IMG/VR virus record: IMGVR_UViG_3300025138_000015
Strand: one strand, 5' to 3'
Length of the DNA: 64,000 bases
Source of the DNA: a virus
Below the pieces are notes generated by a model, which was not told the origin of the DNA, searched no databases, and saw only the letters and a list, made by a program, of their open reading frames with translations. Below are positions 17,835 to 27,157 of this stretch, piece after piece (the stretch's first letter is position 1; the number at the start of each line of letters is the position of its first letter). The translations under genes were made by a program, and so were the position numbers.

Positions 17835-18996
17835 TTTGTTCTCCTGGAGGATTTGCAACCAGTGTTCGTTCAAACCAGAGGGCTGCACCTGCAGCGGTAC
17901 CTCCGTCATGTGGCATAGGGTCTACAAAGAACTGGTGTTCTGGAAAGGCATCGAGATACTTATAGTTGTTCGTGCAATTGAGAGAGTATCCACCACTGAG
18001 AACAATGTTCTTACAATCTGGATTCGCATCGACTGCCATCTGAATTGTTTTAATTGATTCTGCTAGTGTTTTCTCTTCGAGTTCTTGTGCAACTGAGAAG
18101 TTATTAAATACACCTGTCTCACTAATTGATTTGGCGTATGAGGCAAGACCCATAACTTTACCTGCACCTGTACCGATTTCGTCACAACCTAATGCAACTG
18201 ACATCTGACTGAAGTTCATACCACTTGAAGGTGCTGATGTGAATTCTAATTCGACACCATCTTTGTTTACGACTAGGGGTTCCATACAATGAAATGCATC
18301 GAACGCCATGTTAGGGAACTGCCAACCTATATCGGACACCATACGATGATTAGATAATTTCTGGTACTGGAGTTCTGGTTCCATACCAGGTTTGCATAAG
18401 TAGACTGAATCAGTCTCTTGATAAGAAGGATACTCATCGTGATACCTCATGGCACCACCACCATCCCAAACGATTGCGATTGCATCTTCGTTGTTCTTAT
18501 AGTAAGGACTTAAATGATACCCACACTCTGCATGATAGAAGTGATGTTCAGGTTCACAATGATAGTTTTCTAAATTCCAATGATAACCTGCTAACATATC
18601 TGCAATCTCAAAGTCTCTATCACCTAGGTTATCTGATAGGTCGACATACTTGCCGTATGTCTCCATTAAAAATTCTATTCGTTCTCTTGTCAACTGTTCT
18701 GCACTGACATCTTTTGCAAACTGTTCTGCGAGAAGTCTATCTTCAATCAGTTGTGGGTCATCGATTGACCATACGAGATTTGCCCTATGGAAGGTTGCAA
18801 AGATTAAATGGTCTGGTTCTTGTATGTTCGACTGGTCAATACACTGAAGGCCTTTATCGTGTTGAGCATCCAGTTTATCGGGGTCCCAAAATTTATGTCT
18901 ACGAAATCTTGCCTCGTCATGACAATACTTTAGTTCTCCGTTTTCAACTTCTGCTACCGATGTGTCGTGTGAAATATTTATTCCAATGATTCTCAT
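17821..18996 (-). CDS. Carbamoyltransferase, N-terminal (Kae1-like) domain
   Basis: IGINISHDTS, EHHFYHA, WDGGG, GKVMGLASY, LSGGYSLNC..N, DGGTAAGAA. Confidence 0.9.
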   Translation of the reverse strand: MRIIGINISHDTSVAEVENGELKYCHDEARFRRHKFWDPDKLDAQHDKGLQCIDQSNIQEPDHLIFATFHRANLVWSIDDPQLIEDRLLAEQFAKDVSAEQLTRERIEFLMETYGKYVDLSDNLGDRDFEIADMLAGYHWNLENYHCEPEHHFYHAECGYHLSPYYKNNEDAIAIVWDGGGAMRYHDEYPSYQETDSVYLCKPGMEPELQYQKLSNHRMVSDIGWQFPNMAFDAFHCMEPLVVNKDGVELEFTSAPSSGMNFSQMSVALGCDEIGTGAGKVMGLASYAKSISETGVFNNFSVAQELEEKTLAESIKTIQMAVDANPDCKNIVLSGGYSLNCTNNYKYLDAFPEHQFFVDPMPHDGGTAAGAALWFERTLVANPPGEQNDKD

Positions 18997-19201
18997 AATA
19001 TAATCCTGTGTGTGTTATTACTTATTGTTATTATTACTATAATTCTTTTCTATCTGGTCTAATGTCACCAATTTATCATCAATGAATAATTCAACTGTTC
19101 GTTGACTACCTGATTTTTCTCCTGCAAAGAAGCCCCAAAGAAAGGAACCACCTGCACATGCAGATATAAAAATAAAATGTATAATATATAAATCCATATA
19201 A

Positions 19202-19702
19202 CTATTTAGACATGTTCTCAATGTAGTTAATATTCAGACACACTCGTCTATAGGCATCATCTGTATTTGAAGTAGAGGCATGAGGTATATGACCATTAAA
19301 TATAACCATACGATTGGCAACTGACCTTACTTTCTCATCTTTAAACAATGTATCACCATCGTTATCATTTAAATAAAGTATTGCAGTTGTGTAATCATTC
19401 TTCGTATTAGGTAAATCGGTATGAAACTCATGTTCGACTCGTGACTCTGTTCTAGGTACAAGATTTAATTTCATTCTTAATAGTGAAAAGACATTGAGTT
19501 GTTTCAGTATAGGTTCAAAGTGTTCAAACATCCGAGACTTGACCTGACCTTCACTGTACAACATATGAGTATACTGAGGCGAAGGTGAATCATGGTAGGT
19601 GTTAATACCCTCATGGAAATACCAAGGGAAGTCCTCATCAAAGACATCTTTGACTAGGTCATTAAAATATTGTTTGTGCAAAAAATCATTTACGATTTGC
19701 AT
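19202..19702 (-). CDS. 2OG-Fe(II) oxygenase
   Basis: FHTD, TAILYLNDNDG.T, NRMVIF...H, R..LNINY. Confidence 0.85.
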   Translation of the reverse strand: MQIVNDFLHKQYFNDLVKDVFDEDFPWYFHEGINTYHDSPSPQYTHMLYSEGQVKSRMFEHFEPILKQLNVFSLLRMKLNLVPRTESRVEHEFHTDLPNTKNDYTTAILYLNDNDGDTLFKDEKVRSVANRMVIFNGHIPHASTSNTDDAYRRVCLNINYIENMSK

Positions 19703-19877
19703 ACACACTCTTTAGTTTATCAACACACCAGTATACACCGTCTACGATACCGTCCCACACTACGAAGCGTTTCGACCATACATAGACTACGATTCCGACC
19801 CATACTAACACCGAACCGAAATATTTAATTGTCCATATAAGGACATTAAAGGGCATAAAAAATAAAAACTCTAACAT
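19686..19877 (-). CDS. Small membrane protein
   Basis: GGAG SD before ATG 19877; hydrophobic. Confidence 0.5.
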   Translation of the reverse strand: MLEFLFFMPFNVLIWTIKYFGSVLVWVGIVVYVWSKRFVVWDGIVDGVYWCVDKLKSVYANRK

Positions 19878-19962
19878 AGTATACTCCCTACGAAGGCCAC
19901 CCATAAAGGTAGGGTGACTAGACCAGTAAATTCTATTATATATCTGTGGAACAATTCTTCCA

Positions 19963-20250
19963 TTATAATACCTCAAATAAATTACGAAGTAGAAGAGCAA
20001 CCCCTACACCATTTAATAACACAAGGGCTCTATCTTTCCATAGTAGACCTACGACTAACCATCCTGTGACACCTACTGTAGACAATATCAAATCATATAA
20101 CTGATACTCTGGTATACCTCTCATAGACATAGACACCATAATGAATATAGATGCAATCCATTTAACATACCATGAGTAGTCATACTTAGGAGTAGCCGAC
20201 TTAAATATTCGTTTACTATTCTCTAACTCTTTTCTATCATACTTATCCAA
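19963..20250 (-). CDS. Membrane protein (DUF6552-like)
   Basis: WYVKWIAS...GWLVVGLLWKDRALVLLN. Confidence 0.65.
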   Translation of the reverse strand: MDKYDRKELENSKRIFKSATPKYDYSWYVKWIASIFIMVSMSMRGIPEYQLYDLILSTVGVTGWLVVGLLWKDRALVLLNGVGVALLLRNLFEVL

Positions 20251-20354
20251 GATACCCTCCGTCTAACAACACAGCCATTATAACAACGGCACTCAAAACA
20301 TACAAGGTGTATTTAATTAAAAACCATATACATTTACCTATGAGAATGAATATA

Positions 20355-20573
20355 TTATCTAACACTGAACCACCTACGAATAGTATAGACTCTCGTATAT
20401 GCAACGAAGGTCATTAATGCAGTAATCAGTGTACCTATGTGAAAAGTATTTGTCATGTCCCACACATCTATGCATATAAACAATAGAAATAAATTCAATG
20501 GATAATTAATTAACAGACCAGTACCAACAGTGGTAGCAGTCTCTTTGTGTAATTGTCTTGATGCTTTACTCAT
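20355..20573 (-). CDS. Two-TM membrane protein
   Basis: HKE....GTGLLIN...R.YTIRRWF. Confidence 0.6.
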   Translation of the reverse strand: MSKASRQLHKETATTVGTGLLINYPLNLFLLFICIDVWDMTNTFHIGTLITALMTFVAYTRVYTIRRWFSVR

Positions 20574-20880
20574 ATAAAATCTCTGGTGGTAAAAAAGTTT
20601 ACCGGAAAAAAATTCTTCATTCACGCTTAGATAGGTGCTTTACTCTCTACCACCACGATATACGGTCCCTTAATCACTGTTTGCTCAGATATACCTCTAA
20701 GACTTCACAGGAGACTCTCTCCTTAATTCAATGACATGACCCTTTGTCTCGTATTGTCTTGCAAGTTTCAACCCTTCCTTTAAAGGTAGAGGTTCCACTG
20801 TACGACAAGTCAATGGTTCTGTTCTATTCTTAGGCATACTGTATAAACTTACAGTAGTCCACTCGTACTTTGAACCATCC

Positions 20881-20909
20881 ATTATAACATATTCCTCATG
20901 CTTTGGCAA
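20881..20909 (-). promoter_or_regulatory. Sigma70-type promoter preceded by a TCTCCGAAGGCG box
   Basis: TTGCCA-17-TATAAT. Confidence 0.7.
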
Positions 20910-20954
20910 CGCCTTCGGAGATGCAGTAACCATACGGCTCTCCGACTATATAAT

Positions 20955-21027
20955 TGGAGCGGAGACATAGACTTGAACTATGAACTCAAACATGGAATGA
21001 TTGCGTGTTGCATTACACCATCTCCGC
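20955..21027 (-). tRNA. tRNA-Gly(UCC), atypical
   Basis: Cloverleaf with GCGGAGA/TCTCCGC acceptor, TTCAAGT T-loop, anticodon loop AUUCCAU, encoded CCA. Confidence 0.8.
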
Positions 21028-21181
21028 TGAATAGGTGAGTATCTCTCTCATGTACTCTTGGCATTCTCAGTATACCTCTCTAGTGACTTACCTCTCTGCA
21101 ATCCACGAACACATTCACTAGTTGATTTCGCTTCTTATACATCTATTATACACCTATTGAGCGTATAATACAAGTGGTTTT

Positions 21182-21397
21182 TTAATGAAATACTGATTTA
21201 TTTCCGTTAACCACTAAGTAATCTATCTGAATCTGACCTCGAATTTCGATATCAGTACGCAATTTAACATTCTCACACATGACATTCCAATCATGGTTAC
21301 CACCTGCATGTATCAACTGCATCTCTCTTGCACTCAAAGGTATCTCTACCGCTTGTGAAGTTGCAAGGTGGACACCAATCAAACCATTCTCTATCAT
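21182..21397 (-). CDS. Hypothetical protein
   Basis: 71-aa ORF coupled (ATGA) to a 32-aa ORF at 21394-21492. Confidence 0.6.
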   Translation of the reverse strand: MIENGLIGVHLATSQAVEIPLSAREMQLIHAGGNHDWNVMCENVKLRTDIEIRGQIQIDYLVVNGNKSVFH

Positions 21398-21498
21398 GAT
21401 ATTAAACCTATGATGAGTGGTACTATGAACAAGGATAACCCTTGAAGGAAGTCAGTATCTAATAATCCGTTTTTCTTTATTGCTTTTATCATGGTACT

Positions 21499-21528
21499 AG
21501 TATATCAAAAAGTGAACAGCATTGTCAA
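21499..21528 (-). promoter_or_regulatory. Early promoter (CACTTTTT family)
   Basis: TTGACA-18-TATACT, closely similar to 7282-7320. Confidence 0.8.
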
Positions 21529-21568
21529 CGCCATGTATATCACTAGAATGGACTAGACAATAGGGGGT

Positions 21569-21597
21569 ATGGTACAGGTGTTTTAAGCAAATGGCAA
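21569..21597 (-). promoter_or_regulatory. Sigma70-type promoter preceded by a TCTCCGAAGGCG box
   Basis: TTGCCA-17-TACCAT; same upstream box as 20881-20909. Confidence 0.55.
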
Positions 21598-21898
21598 CGC
21601 CTTCGGAGACCTATCAACCACAGGGGTTAGGAGGGTGTCTCTCATGCTCTCTGAGACATCTATTCGCGTCTCTGAGATGCAGTGGGAGTAGGGGTTCCCG
21701 AGTGCTTTGACCCCATGCGTAAAATGTGTTTTGTATCTCTTAACACGCTCAGTGAAACCAGTAAACTCCACCGTAGGCGAAACCATGATATATTTGATTA
21801 TTTTCTCACACTTTGACACACTTCTGCACACATTATATTCGATTACAGAATGGACTCTGAGAAATTATATTCCAACATGCATTCCTACTGCATTCCTT

Positions 21899-21973
21899 TG
21901 GCGTCCCTACTAGGATTCGAACCTAGACTAAGAGTTTAGAAGACTCTGGTGCTATCCATTACACTATAAGGAC
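21899..21973 (-). tRNA. tRNA-Arg(UCU)
   Basis: Cloverleaf, AGAGT-CTTCTAA-ACTCT anticodon arm, GTTCGAATC, CCA. Confidence 0.93.
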
Positions 21974-21983
21974 TATAAGAGAA

Positions 21984-22631
21984 TTACTTTGAGTTGAATC
22001 TATTCGTTATTCTCTTCATTCTATCATGCATATTCATATGTGATATGAAGTCGGTGGTTTCACTCTCTATTTGTTCTTTGATGAGTGGGTGGTTATCATG
22101 GTATATGTCCATTGCCATTGATATACGAGGGGTATTACTCATGTGTGAGTTGACTCCGTGTTCTACCATACTACCTATCAGGTGCATGACTCCTTGTGAA
22201 TTACGCTCGTAGGTTTCGTTGTAGTGTGTACCTGTTGTTTCAGGTCCTGATATGAATGTGTTTGATGCGTAGAAGTTGTTGTAGTCTGTAGGTATATTCT
22301 CTTCCGCGTGGAAGTGTGGTGGTATATTCTCTGTCTGACGGAGTATATTGACCCAACATTGAACATATAGTACCTCTTCGTCTTGGAATTCGGGAAGCGT
22401 AAAGAGTCTCTTCGGTATATCGAATATCTCTAGGTCTGGATTGTTTAACCAATTGTATACTGGAAATTGATTTGTTGTACCTGTGTACGATGACTTTTGG
22501 TTATTCGGTATCGAAAGTACCATACGCTCGTCGCGTAATAGTATCTTCGATAGTCGATTGCACTCTTCTGGTGTGAAGAGGTTGTATTGTGACCTATGTG
22601 TGTAGGGGTCGTATTCTTTTATAAAACCCAT
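21984..22631 (-). CDS. Putative 2OG-Fe(II) oxygenase (TIGR02466-like)
   Basis: CWVNIL, HFH, EHGV, RISMAMD. Confidence 0.75.
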   Translation of the reverse strand: MGFIKEYDPYTHRSQYNLFTPEECNRLSKILLRDERMVLSIPNNQKSSYTGTTNQFPVYNWLNNPDLEIFDIPKRLFTLPEFQDEEVLYVQCWVNILRQTENIPPHFHAEENIPTDYNNFYASNTFISGPETTGTHYNETYERNSQGVMHLIGSMVEHGVNSHMSNTPRISMAMDIYHDNHPLIKEQIESETTDFISHMNMHDRMKRITNRFNSK

Positions 22632-23539
22632 AGTCGTAGATAAAGGTCTTGCATCATACCTTCTCCTTTGACTGATAGAAATCTACAATGACGATTAAGT
22701 CTTTTCCACTCATGTCCGAAGTATACAAATGCTGATTCCATTTGTTCTATTCCTTCTGGACCTGGTGCTCCATCCCATATTCCAGGGAAGTAAGGTAATA
22801 CTTTCTCATCCCATACATCATTGAATTCTGTATTTCTATTCTCGTCATTAATATACCAAGGTGCATATGTTCCAGGAGGTGGTGCAAGTTTCATACCTGT
22901 GAAGTTGTCACTGATATATGCACCTAATCCTTTCTCTTGTTCTTCTGGTGTATATGTCTCTTTAGTGAGTTCTGAACAGTCATTACCATTGAATCTAATT
23001 AAGTCTGTCTGAATACTAGGTGTGTCTTCCCACCATGAGGAGGTGACTCCTAGATATGGTGATTTAGTATCTCTGATTGATACCATTTGTTCACCTGTCA
23101 ATTTGATGTGAGTCGGTAGTTCTGATATCTCACCTGCCATAGGGATTCTTTCAATGTAGAACTTCTGACATAGTTCAAGTGGTAAGAAATTGATGTCGTT
23201 GATAACAATCATGTCTTCTGAAGACCAATCACCGTTTTTAAACAAGTCTAACTTATAGAACTCATCGTTGGTGATATCATCTCTCTTAGTAAGAGGTTTA
23301 ATAGTCATACCAAAGTTTGTTTCGAGTCCTTCTGCATTATCAGTATAACAGATAACATTAAGTTTAAGAAAAGGTAATATAACATCTACTCTATGACGAA
23401 GTAGTAGTTTCTGTATTGCGTTGACCTTATCGATTGAATCTTGGTCATGTGTAGTCTTTAATAAAACTACATTTAAATTGGTTTGATTTGTTAAACCTTG
23501 ACTATGTTGTTCTTCTATTGATTGTGTTGTGTCATTCAT
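22619..23539 (-). CDS. Hypothetical protein, possibly a divergent GT-A glycosyltransferase-like fold
   Basis: ICYTD...YKLDLF resembles small phage GTs, but the DxD is degenerate (NDIN). Confidence 0.4.
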   Translation of the reverse strand: MNDTTQSIEEQHSQGLTNQTNLNVVLLKTTHDQDSIDKVNAIQKLLLRHRVDVILPFLKLNVICYTDNAEGLETNFGMTIKPLTKRDDITNDEFYKLDLFKNGDWSSEDMIVINDINFLPLELCQKFYIERIPMAGEISELPTHIKLTGEQMVSIRDTKSPYLGVTSSWWEDTPSIQTDLIRFNGNDCSELTKETYTPEEQEKGLGAYISDNFTGMKLAPPPGTYAPWYINDENRNTEFNDVWDEKVLPYFPGIWDGAPGPEGIEQMESAFVYFGHEWKRLNRHCRFLSVKGEGMMQDLYLRLWVL

Positions 23540-23571
23540 TATTATTCAATTTCTCCATGTTATATGAATAT

Positions 23572-23925
23572 TTATCTTCTCATACGAGCAAGGTCTTTTG
23601 CATATTGACCTTTCTCACCTATTTCCTCTTCAAAGACTGGCACAAGATTACTCTTATGCATGACTGCAATACCTAGGAGTTTTCTTTCACCTGTATATTG
23701 CATAGGTTCTTGTTTACACATATGTGACAAGTCACCTGTAGTCCCTGTATATGAGGGATAGTCCTCGATTCTCAATTCAGATACAATTTTATTGTATTGT
23801 CTTTGTTGAGATTCTAATAACTCATTGTATTTAGTTCGTTTGGATTTAACAGAAAAGGCCTTTGTCTTTCTTTTCTTACCATGTGGTCCGTATTTAATAC
23901 TTGACCCTAAATTAATAAAACCCAT
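23572..23925 (-). CDS. Conserved-type hypothetical protein
   Basis: YTGERKLLGIAVMHKSNLVPVF...A.MRR; own TTGACA-17-TATACT promoter at 23932-23960. Confidence 0.75.
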   Translation of the reverse strand: MGFINLGSSIKYGPHGKKRKTKAFSVKSKRTKYNELLESQQRQYNKIVSELRIEDYPSYTGTTGDLSHMCKQEPMQYTGERKLLGIAVMHKSNLVPVFEEEIGEKGQYAKDLARMRR

Positions 23926-24223
23926 ACACTAAGTATACTCGGTGTATGGGGTTTTGTCAAGTGTTTTATGAAACTAATTTTACTACTTTGTGTAGTCGTC
24001 CTGATTTCATTAACTTGTTAAATCTGCCTAATGGTCGTCTATAAGTTATCTTTGAAAGATATCTAGTGATGAACGAGGCAGACAATGATGCTCTATATGA
24101 CATTGTTATCTCCTGTTGTGTTGAAACTCTCCGACATCTGCACTTCGATTTCTCTACTTAGTCTTGTGTCTTACTTGTTTCAGTTATGTGTCATTTGTGT
24201 GACACTAGTATTTATAAGGAAAG

Positions 24224-24313
24224 TGGCGGAAGATGAAGGATTCGAACCTTCGATACCGATAAAGGTATGCTGGTTTTCAAGACCAGTGCATTCAACCACT
24301 CTGCCAATCTTCC
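24224..24313 (-). tRNA. tRNA-Ser(UGA)
   Basis: 90 nt, long variable arm, CTTGAAA loop, GTTCGAATC, CCA. Confidence 0.95.
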
Positions 24314-24320
24314 TTATAAG

Positions 24321-24396
24321 TGGTGGAGCTAGAGGGAATCGAACCCACGACCTACTGATTGCAAACCAGTCGCTCTCCCAACTGAGCTATAGCCCC
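24321..24396 (-). tRNA. tRNA-Ala(UGC)
   Basis: GGGGCTA acceptor with G3:U70, TTTGCAA loop, CCA. Confidence 0.95.
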
Positions 24397-24404
24397 TTAA
24401 TTGT

Positions 24405-24572
24405 TTATTCTTTTGTCTTCTTAGTCTTTGTTGTTCTTGACTTATAGACCTTTTTGTATGCTTCGTTAACATCAGGTGTTGATTTGTCGTCTGCAACATA
24501 ACGACCTTTCTCGTCTCTTGCTCTAACAGTTTCGTAACCTAACCATGTTGTTAATTTATCCCAAAATGCCAT
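24405..24572 (-). CDS. Small hypothetical protein (55 aa, not in ORF track)
   Basis: RARDEKGRYVADDKSTPDVNEAY motif. Confidence 0.6.
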   Translation of the reverse strand: MAFWDKLTTWLGYETVRARDEKGRYVADDKSTPDVNEAYKKVYKSRTTKTKKTKE

Positions 24573-24795
24573 TTTCTTTTTCCTCAGTTGTGAATACTAT
24601 GTTAGCTAATCCTAACTTTCTTCGTCTATCAAACTCAATGTTGATTTTTCTTTTTAATCTACCAGTTGTATTGGCATTGTTAAACTTTTCAATCAATGTT
24701 TTAATTGATTGTTGTTTCATATATTGGTGAGTAGTGGTTTTCTTACCTGTTCCTCTCTCTACTGTGACCTGTGTCGGTCCAAATTTTACTGGCAT
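24556..24795 (-). CDS. Hypothetical protein
   Basis: 79-aa basic ORF. Confidence 0.65.
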   Translation of the reverse strand: MPVKFGPTQVTVERGTGKKTTTHQYMKQQSIKTLIEKFNNANTTGRLKRKINIEFDRRRKLGLANIVFTTEEKENGILG

Positions 24796-24796
24796 A

Positions 24797-24943
24797 TTAT
24801 TTCCTGTTTTCTTGATACCATTTCAGTGAACACTCAGGTCCACAAAAAATGATAGCTTCATTGTTTTCATTTGGTGCAGTGTGATACTTTACCTCTTCTA
24901 TAGGTACCATTGTATCACAAACTTCACATTTATAATAGTGCAT
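24797..24943 (-). CDS. Small TRASH/YHS-like metal-binding protein (48 aa, not in ORF track)
   Basis: CEVC...FCGPEC. Confidence 0.55.
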   Translation of the reverse strand: MHYYKCEVCDTMVPIEEVKYHTAPNENNEAIIFCGPECSLKWYQENRK

Positions 24944-25577
24944 TATATGTTAAACTTTCAGTTTCTTCTAACATATCATCATTAGCAGCTTGTATGACTT
25001 CATCTGGTAATGGGTCATGTGATAACTCATTCTGAAACCATACTGCAAGAACTGTTCTTATTCCTGTTTTCACTGTTGAGACACCATGCCATACAGATGT
25101 AGAATGATTAAATAATACTGCATCACCTTGATTTGCATTAAATGTAATATCATCTACAATTAAATTGCCACCTGTGTAATCATCATCTAAAAAAATGACT
25201 GCAGTTGCAGTATCGAATGTGTCTGCATTGTCGTTATGAAACGGCATGCTAGAACCTGTTGGATATTCCATTACTTGCATGTATGAAATAAACTCAAAAT
25301 CTTTATGCTCTGGTATAGTAGGCATTATCTTATCTGCAAAATACATGTAATCTTCTTCAGAAGAGGGTGTTATGTTCCAACATAATCTACCTAGTTTATC
25401 TATATACTTGAAACTGTCCTTCTCATCATCATTTACAACTTGCACTTCTTGTTCTTCTAGGTACTCAACTTCAGTTTTTTCTTTCTGTTTAAACTTATGC
25501 ATTATAAGACGACAAGTATCCTTTTTCATTGACTTAGGCGTATACATAAGTATTCTTGGCTCAGTAGAACTTGTCAT
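24930..25577 (-). CDS. 2OG-Fe(II) oxygenase (prolyl-4-hydroxylase-like)
   Basis: FHND, FLDDDYTGG.L, WHGV, R. Confidence 0.85.
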   Translation of the reverse strand: MTSSTEPRILMYTPKSMKKDTCRLIMHKFKQKEKTEVEYLEEQEVQVVNDDEKDSFKYIDKLGRLCWNITPSSEEDYMYFADKIMPTIPEHKDFEFISYMQVMEYPTGSSMPFHNDNADTFDTATAVIFLDDDYTGGNLIVDDITFNANQGDAVLFNHSTSVWHGVSTVKTGIRTVLAVWFQNELSHDPLPDEVIQAANDDMLEETESLTYNALL

Positions 25578-25578
25578 T

Positions 25579-26262
25579 TTATCTGGTCTCCGGATGTAAG
25601 AATCTAACTTGTGAACATCTCCAAGAATCCTTCAGTTTAGAGTAGTCATCTACCCATGCACCGTGTATTCTATTGCCTGGAAATATAACACATCTATTGA
25701 ATTTTGCAGGTATAACTCTGTTAGTAGTAAATCGGTCATTTACAGGATACATGAGATTAAACCTTTCATCATTTGTTACCCATTCACCCTCATATACGGC
25801 AGTTCCACCATCTTCTAGTTTGTCTAAGTAGACAATCATGTTCAGTGTAGAACGAGTATCTGGTGTGGACAACTCCTCGTCTGTATGTGGGTAATGTTGT
25901 ATCTTAGGGTTATCAATGTTAATTGACTGAAACAAATTGAACTCATAAAAGTGTGACCAATGATAGTCACCTTTCCAGAAATGTTTTCTACAAAAGTGCA
26001 ACACTCTATCCATATCTGAATAATACTTTCTTGTAGGGTGTGATATGTTATCGTTGATTCTGCAATCATAGTAATCTACACCATTTGCACTATTTCTTTC
26101 TGCATTGTATTTCCACAATGGGAAATCTCTTTGCATTATATGGTCATGTAGGTCTTCTGGATTCTCATAGAAGTTATCAATCGTTAAACAGAAACCATCG
26201 AATGTTGGATTCCAGTTGTCTGCAAACGAATAGAGTTCATCCATGTCATAGACTTTACTCAT
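25579..26262 (-). CDS. 2OG-Fe(II) oxygenase-like (DUF6445-like)
   Basis: IDNFYENP, PHTD, VYL....GGT, FNRCVIF.G..IHG. Confidence 0.75.
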   Translation of the reverse strand: MSKVYDMDELYSFADNWNPTFDGFCLTIDNFYENPEDLHDHIMQRDFPLWKYNAERNSANGVDYYDCRINDNISHPTRKYYSDMDRVLHFCRKHFWKGDYHWSHFYEFNLFQSINIDNPKIQHYPHTDEELSTPDTRSTLNMIVYLDKLEDGGTAVYEGEWVTNDERFNLMYPVNDRFTTNRVIPAKFNRCVIFPGNRIHGAWVDDYSKLKDSWRCSQVRFLHPETR

Positions 26263-27155
26263 AGTAATAATCCACCTTTAGGTCTGTTATCACTCTTCTC
26301 ACTCGCACCAAGAGGGTCAAGTAAAACTCTTTCTCTTCTCGATAAATCTAAATTCTTTTCTACAGGCATATCTTCTCTTTCAACAACTTGTTGTTCTTGT
26401 ACTGGTTGTTCTAAGAAACCATATTCTAAATCATCGGTTGATTCACCTTGATTGGGAACTCCGACTGGATGATGTAGATTGAATGAGATAGATATTCTCT
26501 CATATTCTGGTTCTGTATTTCTTATTGGTGGGACTTCATGCATTAACATACTTGGCCATAATAAGAACTCGTTTGTTCTAGGGAAAAATTCTATCATATC
26601 ATGATAACAAGGTCCACCTATAAATTTTGCATTGTCATATTCAGGTTTACTCCAGTCGTTAGTAGGTAAATTAAGTGCATGAGCAAATGCTGGATTAGGA
26701 TTTCTAAACTGTATTGGTTGAGTATCTTCATCTTGAATTGATGGATACCATGTGCCTGACATATAAGAATTTATGTGATTATGTGATGGATGACTATGTT
26801 CTTTATTATAGACATTGACCCATGCAAATAAGTGTAAATCATTTCTTTTGATATGACCAACTGATTGACCATAACAAACTTGTATGAATTGTATGTAAGT
26901 GTCTTTGATTTGTTCTGCAAATTCTTTATACCATGGTAATAGTATTAGTTTCTGTCTCAGTTCTTCGTTAAAATAACTAGTATAGTTCTTAGATTCATCA
27001 TCGTTATGCAGTTCTTTTGCCTCTGCAACTAAACTCCTACAATCACTTTGAACCTGTTCTAAATCCATATCTCTGAGTATTCCTCTTAATATGGGTGTAG
27101 AAAAGATATCTATCTGTTCACAATCACTTGCAGCTTTCCAATCACTTGTTTGCAT
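26259..27155 (-). CDS. Putative 2OG-Fe(II) oxygenase (TIGR02466-like)
   Basis: AWVN, HNH..S.MSG.WY, LWPS.L.HEV, RISISFN. Confidence 0.85.
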   Translation of the reverse strand: MQTSDWKAASDCEQIDIFSTPILRGILRDMDLEQVQSDCRSLVAEAKELHNDDESKNYTSYFNEELRQKLILLPWYKEFAEQIKDTYIQFIQVCYGQSVGHIKRNDLHLFAWVNVYNKEHSHPSHNHINSYMSGTWYPSIQDEDTQPIQFRNPNPAFAHALNLPTNDWSKPEYDNAKFIGGPCYHDMIEFFPRTNEFLLWPSMLMHEVPPIRNTEPEYERISISFNLHHPVGVPNQGESTDDLEYGFLEQPVQEQQVVEREDMPVEKNLDLSRRERVLLDPLGASEKSDNRPKGGLLL

Positions 27156-27157
27156 AA

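Noticed and set aside
17821-17909. Frameshift or pseudogene in the carbamoyltransferase
   Set aside because: The break falls at the domain boundary and the second half has its own SD and ATG.
20900-20945. Glycine riboswitch (GGAGAG...CCGAAGG beside tRNA-Gly)
   Set aside because: The required CUCUCAGG element is missing and the segment ends in a -35 box.
21583-21913. ORFs 21583-21831 and 21707-21913; also a possible tmRNA, RNase P RNA or hammerhead
   Set aside because: No SD or protein motifs; the SPKALP shared with ORF 20697 comes from the DNA repeat; no tmRNA ends, GAGGAAAGUCC or CUGANGA core found.
24085-24447. 120-aa plus-strand ORF
   Set aside because: Runs antisense across tRNA-Ser and tRNA-Ala.
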